In this document: in pieces, positions 38,101-48,940 of the stretch | Layout of the letters: the number at the start of each line of letters is the position of its first letter | How positions within the stretch are numbered: position 1 is the stretch's first letter | Assembly (NCBI GenBank): GCA_008632985.1 | Contig: QPGO01000047.1 | Location: 326,608 to 390,607, forward strand | Reading direction: 5' to 3' | From: Psammoneis japonica | Lineage: Eukaryota | Length of the DNA: 64,000 nucleotides | The notes under the pieces: generated by a model | The model's database searches: none | What the model saw: only the letters and a program-made list of their open reading frames with translations | Told to the model about the DNA's origin: nothing | Translations under genes and position numbers: made by a program

Positions 38101-38858
38101 CATACACACAGGCCTTCATCTTGGCGAGCTTCGACAGCGAAGTCAATTTGTTCGTCAACGGCTAGCTTGGTCTTGCTAGGACTTGAGGACTTGCGTAGCT
38201 TTATCATGCCGGCCTTGGGGTCTTCTTCGGGGGTCTTCTTGGTAAGCAATAAAGATCTGTCGGGCTTCACTCCCTTGATTCCTCCTTTTGGTGCCCCACG
38301 TTCTTTCTCTTGACTCCCGGCGCCCTTCTCGTTGAGCATGTCCAATTGCCTTGTAGTCGCGTTTCCGGCTGTAGAAAAAAGCCGAGAATCACTGGTGCAG
38401 CCAAGACAGCGAAGGGTTACTCTGTAGAGATAGGTAAACTCAATACGACGAACATCCGTTTGCCTCGTTGCAGCAACACGGCGTATGGCGTTTTCTCCAA
38501 CATCAAGTCCAGAGGTGACTTCTCTATCAATGGTTACGTTGGCAATGACTCGAAAACCTCCATCGTTGCCACAAGAGATTCTAGCCGTTTGGTTGTACGA
38601 CGTGGCAAAGGCGTCTTCAAGAGCACTGATCTCTGCTTCTGTCACGTTGAGAGGCTCACCCGTGTGCTCCACCAAGACGAGAATCTCGAGAAGTCGCTCG
38701 GTGGCATTTTCGCACAGATTGTCTTGGAGCTCTCGTGCTCGAAGGAAGGAAGGCTTGCCCTTGTTGGCGTTGTAGGATGCTTTTGCAAGTGGCAAGCGTT
38801 GGCATGCCCAGAAGAGGGCGAAAACGGGAAGCAGTCGCCGCAACTTGGGGAGGGACAT
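35175..38858 (-). CDS. Secreted mucin-like Thr/Pro-rich protein (~1227 aa)
   Basis: Signal peptide, REL/RQL/RRL motifs, two homologous Cys-containing N-terminal domains, TTPAPTxA repeats, a VWA-like ALFVDDSGS segment and a C-terminal beta-rich domain. Confidence 0.9.
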   Translation of the reverse strand: MSLPKLRRLLPVFALFWACQRLPLAKASYNANKGKPSFLRARELQDNLCENATERLLEILVLVEHTGEPLNVTEAEISALEDAFATSYNQTARISCGNDGGFRVIANVTIDREVTSGLDVGENAIRRVAATRQTDVRRIEFTYLYRVTLRCLGCTSDSRLFSTAGNATTRQLDMLNEKGAGSQEKERGAPKGGIKGVKPDRSLLLTKKTPEEDPKAGMIKLRKSSSPSKTKLAVDEQIDFAVEARQDEGLCVCEAPFAEDFLETFNTVIGGLGTVGILNNVDSADAVYELAPLDCGPETLFESVVSVTHTGDPSAISQGEIVALQDGYRETYNELNALNGRICDLLFRVLETVEIDPNPRDTLSPTTTPTLPPTLPPTLPPTLPPAVGGPVPTRAPTPPPTLPPTPPPTPPPTHRPTTAPSFSPAGGRRVFSFLYRSTGKCRGCSSRSNLFDDVSGRRLLQDSLPWMERTRFLQSNLNDTCFCPIDAELRAPGEVEFQVEFENTIEILRERGVVENVDPNVIVEDLVPAPVVPTPISTPAPSRFFTPFPSALTPAPSVASTPSPTTGTTPAPTAGTTPAPTIATTPAPTAGTTPTPTIATTPAPTEATTPAPTVATTPAPTEATTPAPTIATTPAPTVATTPAPTAGTTPAPTIATTPAPTEATTPAPTIATTPAPTVATTPAPTIATTPVPTVATTPAPTIATTPAPTEATTPAPTVATTPAPTEATTPAPTIATTPAPTVATTPAPTVATTPAPTIATTPAPTEATTPAPTRLPTPIPTEAITPAPTTSPTLAPTTPAPTPTPSPTTSPTPAPTNTPAPSPSPTPVPTPTPTTPSPTPAPTPSPTPTPTTSPAPSPSPTPFPTPTSPAPSASPAPSVSLAPSRPTKEQDRLVTCVSVINESSLSNERVTTLWDDLRAAFPGRPFCLLQPILPDRDPYDEDDLFRPANFTSDPLLNKYEPVYLDEGDPPSSDWFGICELDVQRQMGITKVALFVDDSGSLGIEDVELSYNRFITKAASVGMEIVTEEIDSSEDWISPCLMTSLSPSAVPSAVPSAVPSPAPNLQLCSDNIPVTVSVGPNSNPSGSFVNVPTQQSLANVVDCLGLDEGEQHNLQSHVWWYPGPLELIFDFDGIEYNLEAAYFWNYFGEDFDVDQIDFQFFNANNQLVGTQTAMPRLGQNAQGSNANDVVAERIDLSPAVQASSVIALLSSTNGEIDFQNFVFVEGPV
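36545..37165. repeat. 24-bp coding tandem repeat (TTPAPT[I/V/E/A][A/G]), roughly two dozen units
   Basis: ggagctggagtcgtcgcaatcgta-type units inside the mucin ORF. Confidence 0.95.
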
Positions 38859-41049
38859 GATGCGGTTGAAAGAGACCACTGCTTATTGTGCAGTTCACCT
38901 GTTCAGAAATCTTTAAACTTGTGCTTTGTGTTGCTTCCAAGTTCATGTGACGAAATGATACGCATGAAGTGGCTTTGTGCGTCGCAAATCATTCTTGTTT
39001 GTGGTGATTGGTCTTGAAACTTGAAATTTCTATTTAAAGCCACTCCAATACCAATTCTGATTCCTTGAAGATCTTGATTTGATGAAAATTGTAGGATCCA
39101 TACGTGTTGCTCTTGCAAGCACTCGTATTGCATTATCCCGATTGTGTGGTAACAAGAAAAATGTGAGCGTCCAATGAAAAAGTGAACTCAACGGTCGACC
39201 GATAAAAACGGAGGATGTCACGTGATCAATTTTAGTTTATATTTTTGTATACATTTAATGTTCAATCCGACAAAGCACTGCAATTAGAAGTGTCTCTTGT
39301 GCAAACAGGCAGCGCGGTGCAGAAGGAACGGCAACAGTTGTTCAGTGTTAACAGCATGCTTCCTCATTTGTTCAATTGAGTTGTCGTGCATCTTGCCATT
39401 GTCCAGTGCCAGAGACACGCAGAATCGTGCGCACTGTGCAAAGTGCCAAAAAAAGGTGTGCAGTTTGGGGTTTGGGATTGCGCAATGAGCCTGTGCCTGG
39501 ATCGAGGCACGTGCTGGACTCAAGGGCACACGCGTGCGCAACGAGAAATCTTTCTCTTCTTGTGTGACAAAAAAAAAGAGGTGGCATTGGCCTTTGCGTC
39601 AACCGTGGGATTAACGCCAATCGCATCAGATCCAGGTTCCCCCCCTTTTCATGGGCCGCATGCAGTCCAAGAAATGCACTTGCCTCCCATTTTCATGGGG
39701 GCCGCATGAGGCCCACACAAGTCATGCAAGCTCACCTGAGGAGACAGATGCTGCAAATTTCCAAGAGGGAGAGTGACAAGAGTTGACTTTCCAAGTCATT
39801 GGTTTCTGAGTCGATGACATGGGTTGGTCACGTGCGGGAACACACCCTCTTTGTGAGTCACTTTTTCGGGTCATTTGTTGAACCTTTGTCTGGTCCACTT
39901 GCAAATGCATGGAATTTGGCACTGAGTTGACACCTTTGGTCCCTTGAGATCTTTTGGGTCACTTTTGAGGCTCTCTTCTCCTCTCTCTCACTTCTTGTGG
40001 ATTTTCATGTTCGCCAGGATCACGAGCACTTGAGCCGTTGACACATGTCTGCTTCAGACAGTTGTTGTTGCCCCAGCTTGTGCTGTCATCTAGCTCATTT
40101 CCATGGAAAGCAGTCACATGGCACAGCAAAAGCAAATGGACAAGCCACCAAGGACAAAAAAGTTGTTGTTGTTTGTTGCCCCATTGTTCGCCAAGCAGGC
40201 AGCCCTCTGGAGGCAGCTGGGCAGCCAAGCAAACACACCATCATGGATGGCAGCAAGTGTGAGCACATGACCAGGCTGGGGCATCTTGCTTGGACTCTGC
40301 TGCAGGGCATCTGTCTTGCTTGGACTCTGCTCTGGGGCACCTTGCTTGGACTGGACAACTGGCCATTGTCCGAGCCCATTTTTTGACCAGCGAGCACCTG
40401 GTTTCGTGGCTGAACAACTCCAGCTGGCCCAGAAGCCAATGCCCATGGCAGCGTGTGTGCTCCTGGCAAGGCCTGTCTCTCCTGCTTGGGCTCCCAAGGC
40501 CAAGGTTGCTGACAATGAGCTGCTCAGCAAGGATGGGCTGTTGCCACACAAACAGCATGAGGTGCCCTGCCTCGTGATGTGAATGAAGACGATCCTCTTG
40601 CAGGCAAGTGAGAGCATCTGTTGTCAGAGGCTGTTTCTTTTCTGTTGAAGGTGCACTGTCCTGCACTCACAAATCTTTTCTGCTGCGGCCATTTGCTCTG
40701 AGCATCGCCAGCTTGCCTTGACACACACCCTGAGGCACCCGGCCTTGTGATCAAGTGCACTGCAGTGGGTCTTGAAGATGCTCTTTGCTGCTCCCTCAAG
40801 CATGTCACACAGCTCAATTCAGGCAAGTCTGGGTCATTGTTGCAAGTGCGGCAGAGGGCCATGTGCTTCCAAGCATGGTTGAAAAACTCATGCCATGGCC
40901 AACACTCCAGAATGTGTGACTGTCATGGTGCTGTCCACATCGCTCTCTCTTGCCAAATCAGAGAAAAAGTCCATCAGACTTTGCACCAAAGCACCCAAAA
41001 TGATGAACAGCACACTTTGTTCTGGGTGAAACAGAGCCAAAGAAATGCT

Positions 41050-41340
41050 GGAGACAGTGGGCAATTGCCATTTTTTTTTTGCGATGTCTTGCTTGCTGAG
41101 CGGTGTGCAGTGTCGTTGTGCAAGGGATGATTCCTGCAGTGCAGGGACAGCTGGACAATGTGACCAAGTTGCGCACTCTCAACTCAACTTGTCATCCAAT
41201 GACTTTTCTGGATTGTTCATCCCAACAGAGTTTGCCAATCTTTTGAATCTAGACAAGCTCATGTTGCACATGAATCAGATTGAGGGATCACACCTGCAAA
41301 ATTGGAAAAGACTCAAAAAGCTGCACAAGTGTGCTGACAG
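41050..41340 (+). pseudogene. Leucine-rich-repeat gene fragment
   Basis: GVQCRC then QLNLSSNDFSGLFIPTEFANLLNLDKLMLHMNQIEGS, fitting the plant-type LRR consensus LxLxxNxLxGxIP. Confidence 0.75.
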
Positions 41341-41669
41341 CTGACACATGACATTGCTTTCATGACACGGCCACCACTCACTCATTTGCTTGTTCCACCC
41401 ACTTGCGCTGTTGGGCCATTCCACTGGCTGTGTTTTCCATTGAAAAGAACATGTCACTTGGCACATCAAATTCAGATTTTTGTGATCTGATGCCGCGATG
41501 ATCTGCGATCTGTTCCTTTTTGCCCACAACATCTCAGTTTTTGCCACTCAGGCAGAGCCTCATTCTGTCACACAGAAAAGGCACAACACACAGCCACAAG
41601 GCCCAAACACAACTCTCAGCAGCTCACGCTGGCTGCACTTTACACAGTGTTGGCAATGCACTGTGTTGG

Positions 41670-43475
41670 AGCCAACCAAAATGCTCAAGAATTCTTTTGA
41701 CATTTGAGTTAAAGCAGTTGTGACTCAAGGCCAAAATTTTCACTTCAGAGCCAATCAAAATGCTCAGATTTTCCACTCAAAAAATCAGCTCAGAGCAAAA
41801 ATTCTTGCATCAGAGCCAACAAATGCTCAGATTTCCTGCTCAAAGAATTCTTGGGAAATTTGAGTTAAAACAGCAGCAACTCAGATCCAATTTTTTTCAT
41901 CAGAGCCAGCAGCCAGTCAAAAAGTCTGGGTTGTCTGCTCAAAAAAATTTGTGACACTTGGGTCAAAACAACTCTGATGTTCCACCTCTTGGTTGACATC
42001 TCTGGTGCAAGGGGTGATGCACTGTCCAAGGTTTGCAGCGCACACAGGTGTTTGTGCTCACTGCAGCCAGGATGGGTGTCAACGTCGTGGCCATGATGCA
42101 GCCCGCCTCCCTTGGCATTGCATTGACTTGGGCTGTGAAGTGGCAGGAGAGTGTGCCACTGCAACCAAAATGTTCATCATTGAGGTCAGCCAGATCATCT
42201 GCTCAAGAAATCTTTCAACATTTGAGGAGCCAAGACAGCTGCAGCTTGGATCTAAATTTTTTTGCATCAGAGCCAATCAAAATGCTCAGATTTTTCACTC
42301 AAGAAATCTTGCAACATTTGAGCTAAAACAGCCACAACTCAGAGCCAAAATTTTCACATCAGAGCCAATGAAAATGGTGTTTGGACTTTCCACTCAAGAA
42401 ATCTTGTGATGTTTGAGTTAAAACAGCTGCAGCTCAGAGCCAAAATTTTTGCATGAGAGCCAATCTAAATGCTCAGATTTTTTGTTCAAGAAATCTTGCA
42501 ACATTTGAGTTAAAGCAACTGCAGCTTAGAGCAACAATTTTTTTGTCAGATTCAATCAAAATGCTTGGACTTTGTGCTCACAAAATCATGCTGCATTGAG
42601 CTGGAACAGTTGCAAATCTTGCAACATTTGAGCCAAAGCAGCTGTGATGGACTTGGAGCCAAAATTTTCACATCAGAGGAGCCAACCAAAAGATTGCCCA
42701 GATTTTCTGCTCAACAACAAATCTTGCAAACATTTGAGTCAAAGCAGTTGTCATTGGCTCAGAGCCAAATTTTTCACATCAGTGCCGACCAAATCATGCC
42801 CAGATTTTCTGCTCAGCAAATCTTGCAACATTTGAGTTAAAACCATTGCAGCTCAGAGCCAAAGTTTTTGCCACACATTGAGTTGAAACAGCCGCAGCTC
42901 AGAGCCAAATTGTTTGCATCAGAGCCAATCAAAATGCTGGAACTTTCCACTTCAAGCATTTTTGCAATGTTGGAGTTAAAAAGAAGTTGTGACTCAGAAC
43001 CAAAATTCTCTAAAATGCTCAGATTTCCCAGTCAAGAAATCCTGCAACATTTGGGTTAAACAACTGCAGCTCAGATCCAAAAATTTTGCCACACATTTGA
43101 GTTGAAGCAGCTGCAGCTCAGATCCAAAAATTTTGCCTCAGAGCCTTTTGCTCAAAACCTCTTTGAACATTTGAGTTAAAGCAGAAATCTTGTGAGTTGA
43201 CAAAACAGCTCCAGCTCAGAGCCAAAATTTTTGACACACATTTGAGTTAAACCGGCTGCAGCTCAGAGCCAAAATTTTTGCATCAGAGCCAATCAAATTG
43301 CTTGAACTTTCTGCTCAAGAATTTTCGTGATGTTTGAGTTAAAGCAGCTGTGATTCACAGCCAGAATTTTCACATCAGAGCCAACAAAAATGCTTGGCTT
43401 TTCCATTCAAGAAATCTCATGACATTTGAGTTGAAAAAACTGCAGCTCAGAGCCAAAATTTTTGCCACACATGTG
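41670..43475. repeat. Degenerate ~92-bp minisatellite
   Basis: Unit catttgagttaaaacagctgcagctcagagccaaaattttt.catcagagccaatcaaaatgctcagatttt...ctcaagaaatcttgcaa, with starts e.g. at 42315, 42410 and 42502. Interrupted at about 41960-42160. Confidence 0.9.
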
Positions 43476-44177
43476 AGTTGTGGAGTTGTGACTGGCACAA
43501 TGTAAGGAGCTGCCAAAAATGTCCCAAACCCATCACAGCATGTGTTGCACATGGATGTTTGATGACAATGGCTTTTGTGCACATTTTGGCTCAAGTGTGG
43601 CTGCAGCATGTCAGCAAGTTGGCCACTGATTTTTTCCCCAAGAAGTGGGAGCAGAATCTGTTTCTTGAGGCTGGAGGCAGCTGGCACTTGTTTTTGCTGG
43701 GGACAACAAACAATGCTGCCAAAATCCCCACTCTGAGCATGTGTCAAAGACTCAATGAGATGGCAAAAGAGAAAGGCACTTGGGACACTCCTGCTGTGCT
43801 CATGTCATGATCAAATCAATTGATGAGCCAGCTGGCAGCTGGCGGCACATTGTCTGAGCAGATTTCTGTGCCATGACTGCTGCAAAAAAAGCAAAGCAAA
43901 GCCAAAACAGCACCTGACAGTGGCTTTGCTGATTGTGTTTGATGATGTCATCTTGGAAAGCAGTGCACAGCATGGCAAGCACAAAAGCAGCCACATTTGC
44001 TCATGGCCTTTTGCTCTGTTGGCTCCCTGCACTCTCTTCGTTGGACAAACTGTTGAGCAACTGGGCCAAGACACAAAAACAGTTGTCAGCCCAGGCTGGT
44101 GAGAAGACAATTTTTTGAGGCACTTTTGTTGTGCTTTTTCCAGCTGTGCTTTTTCAATGGATGCTGCACCCCCCCCC

Positions 44178-44286
44178 NNNNNNNNNNNNNNNNNNNNNNN
44201 NNNNNNNNNNNNNNNNNNNNNNNNNNNNNNNNNNNNNNNNNNNNNNNNNNNNNNNNNNNNNNNNNNNNNNNNNNNNNNNNNNNNNN
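44178..44286. other. Assembly gap
   Basis: Run of N flanked by poly-C and poly-T. Confidence 1.
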
Positions 44287-46331
44287 TTTTTTTGTTTTTT
44301 TTTGTGTTGCCAGGAAAGATGACGAGATGTGCCATGCAGCCTTTGCAAAATTGCTTGCAAAACTTTGGGCCATCATCTGGGCACTTGACTGGGCCAGCTT
44401 CCTTGTGGCAAGCAAACACTTTGAAGGGCAAAGACAGACCCCAGCTTTTGTGCTGCCAACTGACATTGAGAGAGTCCACCCAATGTCCAGAGAAAAGGAG
44501 TGCAGCTTTTCCTGCTTGGGGCTCAAGCAACTCTGCTGTGCCAAAGAACAAAAAATCTGGCAGCAACCCATGCCTGCAAAGCAGCCACAATGTGCACCCA
44601 TTGCAAACGCAGGAGCCATGGCAACCTTTGCTCTCAGAGACAGGCACAGCTGAGTGCTGTGCTTTGGACATGCCTCTTCATGGCAACCCCCATGCAAAAT
44701 CTGAGTCAGCAATCAGCACAACCGCAGCATTGTGACAAAACTGCTGAGAGTGCTGGATTTGACCTTTGTGGCTGCCTTGTTGCAGCAGAAGAACTCAGCT
44801 TTGGCACCACAGTTTGCAGATGTGAAAGCCCCAGCCACGGGGTCTGAATCACAGAAACTTCTGGTGGAAGGCATCAAAGCCTCCCACACCAATGCCAGTC
44901 TTGTTGCCAAACTGGCTGGTCATTTCAGGCATCCTGAACCATGCCTGAAGCAGCTCCACCCACTGGGGTTCCCATCAGACAACAAAAAGAGAGGCGGGCC
45001 ATGCTGTCACAATTGATCTCTTGCAAAGCTCAGCCAGTGCAAGGTCCAAGGAGACTTTGAGGTGGCTGGCAATGCCACACCAACATGCCTCTCATGGCTT
45101 CATTGCTTTGTGGCACTGACAAACAACGCACGCTCATTGTGGGGTGCCAAGAGCAAAGATTTTCCAAAAGCAAAGCTGTTTTGACTGCCATTTGGTTGCC
45201 ACCACAAGCAACAAACTCAGATGTGAGCATTTTCTGTGCTTGTCCAGTGCCCCAAAGTTGCACAGCCATGATTTCCAAGGTGCTGTGTGACCATTGTCTT
45301 GAAGCACCCAACACCTCTGGGGGCCCATCCTTCCCTTGCTGCTGCCAGCACACTCAAGAGAGTTGTGCTGGCTTTGAGAAATGGAGGCCATCAGCAACAC
45401 CATTTGAGGGTCTTGCCTGGGCATGCTGCCAAATCGTTGCCCACATGTTGATGGCACTCATGTTGTGTGGGTCAACTGGCCCAAATGCTGTTGTGCACAG
45501 ACACTTTTTTTGAAGACTCTGTCACATTTCCAGCCTCAGCACCGGGCTTGGACAAAGCTGCCCAAAAAGCAAGAAGCGCAGCATCTCGCCACTCATCTTT
45601 GTGAAAGCACAGCTTGCGTCAAAGACAAGCAGCTCATGCTGCTCCAAAAAGAGCAAGCGGAGACTGTCAAAAATGACTCACAATGCAAAATGAACAAAGC
45701 TGCTGAGGGATGTCTGTGGGGCCCACACATTTGTTTGTGCCAGAGCTGCTTTTTTCTCACAGCTTGTGCAAAATGGGCTTGGCTGTCAAATGTGTTGATC
45801 AAAAATGTGCCCAGTCAGATGACAGCCAAGCCCATTTTTCACAAGAACAAAACCCACAAGCATCGCAGGCAGGCTGATGGTGGACAATTTGACAGCTGTG
45901 TTGGCGCCGTTGCTCTGCACACAGTTTCTGCCTGGTGACTCCTCTCTGGCACCAGTGACAGAGGTGTCAGCAGGAGCCAGGAGCATCATCCAAAAAAGCA
46001 ACATTTGGGCAGCAGATGCTCTTCTCTGCATAGAGAGATGACATTTCCCGGTTGCAGCGCACTGACCAAGCGTGTTCAAGACCCCCCAAAATTCGAAATT
46101 CGTCTCGAGAGCTTTGAACCATCAATCGGTCATTCCAGAATGACTTTGAAAACCAATTTTCCAATCGGCATAAATAATTTGATGACCAGAATGGTTATCA
46201 AATGACCCATGAAACAGTCATTTCGTTTTCCCCTCCCTCTCATCAAACAATCGTCACACACACACTTTGTTCGAAAACAAGAAGAGTCGTTAGGCACTTG
46301 CCCAACAGATATTGTTACGAGCAGCAGCTCA

Positions 46332-47843
46332 ATGGCGCCCAAGCCACTAAGTCGTAGACCCCGCCTTGGTGGTAACTTTGCCGGGAAAAGAATATTGGGG
46401 CTTTGCCTTGTAGTAGTGGGCTGCCTCGTGTGGATGTCTGCTACTGTGGTTGAGACTCCTGGACATAATGACAATTGGATGCCGCTCTTTATGTTTGAAG
46501 AGGAACGGTACTCCATAAACTACGCGGATGAGATTGAGTCAATCGACTCTCTTCCACAAGTGCAAGTAGTGCAAGACAAGCAACAGATTAAACGGGCCGC
46601 CCAAGCACCGTTGCCGCCTGATGCCGAAGAGAAAGCGATATCCATGAAGGAGTTCTTGGGACCAACCAAGGGCCAATCAGAGTGTTTGAGGCGACCGCCT
46701 CATATTCAAAAGAAAGTAAACCAACGAAGAAAGGAGGGGAAGACTCTTATTTACTATCATGAAGGACCGACAAATGGAACTCACGTCCGCTTCATCGAAT
46801 GGTTCTTTCCAAACAACATTACGCACAAGTACTGTTACAATTGCGAGACCACTACTGACGAAGAGAGAGCTATTGAAGCTGATGCAGTTGTTGTCTTGTA
46901 TCGTAAAAAGTGGGAGTACTGGGCATCAGGGCAACGACCAAGGGTACCACCTAAATACTGCGGACAACTCTTTGTCTTGGTCCAAACCGAGTGCCCAAAC
47001 AACATTGATCCTAATTTAACGCCCGCTGATAAGCACGAAGAAGCAAAGGTGTTTGACATAAGCTCCACGTATCGACTAGATTCAGACCTTCCCCGTCCTT
47101 ATAATTGGGATATGGAGAAAACCCTAAAACAAGGGCGTAAAGTGTTTGTCCCGGTCGAGAAACGCCAAAAGGAATTCCCAGCGACGTGGATTGCCTCGAG
47201 ATGTGATACGACCAATTTGCGAATGAGCTATGTGGAGGAGTTGATGAAACATGTCAACATTCACAGCTTTGGAAAGTGTTTAAACAATGCGGAAATGAAC
47301 GTGAATCGCCAAGGACCAAACTGGAAGGAGGCCGCAGACGCACAAATTGCCGGCTACAAGTTTTACTTGGCGTTTGAAAACTCAAACTGCGACTACTACG
47401 TGACAGAGAAACTGTACCGTGCGCTCGCAATGGGTCTTATTCCAGTCGTCATGGGGGCGACGCAAGCGCACTTGTATTTGCCAAACAATCACTCCGCCCT
47501 ATTTGTGAAAGACTTTGATTCACCAAAGGCGTTGGCAAAGCGGATGCAAGAGATCAACGACAATGACGACTTGTTTCGTCATTACACATCCCATATTTGG
47601 GACCCAGAAAATAACATCGACGACAGTTTTCGCGAGCTGTGGTTCGGAAAAAAACCACCGCAAGCGTGTCAGTTGTGCGATTTCATCCGAGAGGCGAAAA
47701 AGAACAAAAAGAACAAGTTCAAAGGCGTCCCATACAGTCACTGGGAATCTTGTGAGCAAGTCCATGGTACGTGGAAGAATAATTTCAGGCCATTGAAAAC
47801 CAAGAATGGAATTGTACCCCGACCTAGGGTCACAGGACACTAG
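46332..47843 (+). CDS. Alpha-1,3/4-fucosyltransferase (GT10)
   Basis: Type II membrane anchor, STYRLDSD, and YKFYLAFENSNCDYYVTEKLYRAL...PVVMG. The ORF is also open from 46209. Confidence 0.95.
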   Translation: MAPKPLSRRPRLGGNFAGKRILGLCLVVVGCLVWMSATVVETPGHNDNWMPLFMFEEERYSINYADEIESIDSLPQVQVVQDKQQIKRAAQAPLPPDAEEKAISMKEFLGPTKGQSECLRRPPHIQKKVNQRRKEGKTLIYYHEGPTNGTHVRFIEWFFPNNITHKYCYNCETTTDEERAIEADAVVVLYRKKWEYWASGQRPRVPPKYCGQLFVLVQTECPNNIDPNLTPADKHEEAKVFDISSTYRLDSDLPRPYNWDMEKTLKQGRKVFVPVEKRQKEFPATWIASRCDTTNLRMSYVEELMKHVNIHSFGKCLNNAEMNVNRQGPNWKEAADAQIAGYKFYLAFENSNCDYYVTEKLYRALAMGLIPVVMGATQAHLYLPNNHSALFVKDFDSPKALAKRMQEINDNDDLFRHYTSHIWDPENNIDDSFRELWFGKKPPQACQLCDFIREAKKNKKNKFKGVPYSHWESCEQVHGTWKNNFRPLKTKNGIVPRPRVTGH

Positions 47844-48105
47844 GCAAACGGACTCCGCCAACAACGTAGACTGTTTTTCGTTGCTTCATGGTAAAAAACT
47901 TTAAAATATTCATTAGACCTTCCTTTTTATCTCTAGGCTCAGCAGATATCGAAACACCTGCTACTGATGCTGCTAGAACAACGGATGTTTTGCCGGTCTT
48001 GCTGCCCGTAACTCATTGATGTATATTTGCTTCAGCTCTTTGAAATACGGAACTGACGCACAGATGGTTCTTCTTTCACTCCCTCTCCTGGTTATTGATT
48101 ATTGA

Positions 48106-48483
48106 TCATTCAGAAACTAGCTCAAGAAAATGAGAGTGGCCGAAAGTATTATCAGCCGGGTCGTCCGTCAGTACCTGCTGCAACCATTCACAACATCCTT
48201 TATCTGGAAATCTCCAAATTCGAGCATCATTTCCGTCTCTAGGTGGCACTCCTCTGGTCTCTTCCTCGTAATACTGTTCGTCTCCATCAATTTCACCAGC
48301 GGTTCTTAATTCTGGCTTCTCTGTTACTTCTGACCCTTCGTTGTCGTTGCTGTCGTCGTCGTCAGTGAGATGCTTTGTCGATTTCTGCTTGTGAATTTTG
48401 TTTAGCATTTTGCGTCGATGCAAGCGCAAATCGATCTCACCACTTCGCTTCTTCTCTTGTGCGGCACATTGATATAGATTCAT
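48106..48483 (-). CDS. Small hypothetical protein
   Basis: Charged, protein-like ORF only; no recognisable domain. Confidence 0.3.
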   Translation of the reverse strand: MNLYQCAAQEKKRSGEIDLRLHRRKMLNKIHKQKSTKHLTDDDDSNDNEGSEVTEKPELRTAGEIDGDEQYYEEETRGVPPRDGNDARIWRFPDKGCCEWLQQVLTDDPADNTFGHSHFLELVSE

Positions 48484-48940
48484 CTTTACTTTTAACTGTG
48501 TTTCTTGGCAATTGTAATTTGGAATGTTTGAGGCGCTCCTACTACGACTAGAGCAGAGGCTGTATGACAATACGGTACATGCGATGAGAGTAACAACAAG
48601 ACGGTGATTTGTTCAGTCTTGCTTCCATTCCCGTAGGATATGTACCGATTCCCACGTGGCCAACAGTCGCGGAAACAAACGGGACTGGAGATCCGCGCCA
48701 CCCGCCATTGGTCAGACGACGCGATGATCAAACAGGCATCTATCTCTCATGTCGCGTCGCTGTCGCGACTTCCAGCTTCTTACAAGTACCGGCGACATGA
48801 CGATTTGGATCCCTCAATTGTCGATATACTAATGTGAAACAGTGCTGAAATGTTCAATTAAAAAATAACGGCCATTATTTTCAAAAAGAAAGTGCCACGG
48901 GGCAGATAATGCGTAATTCGAGCCGTACGCTGCGTGAGCA

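Larger units (their letters stand above)
39280..46030. other. TpA/CpG-depleted block (eroded genes and repeats)
   Basis: Near absence of TA and CG with TG/CA excess. Normal composition returns upstream of the GT10 gene. Confidence 0.85.

Noticed and set aside
41670..43475. CRISPR-like array
   Set aside because: Contiguous degenerate units with no unique spacers, no cas genes, and a eukaryotic context.
44178..44286. ORFs spanning the N run
   Set aside because: Assembly gap; continuity unknown.
43500..46030. Possible transposase or enzyme remnant
   Set aside because: Protein-like fragments but no motif I could assign.
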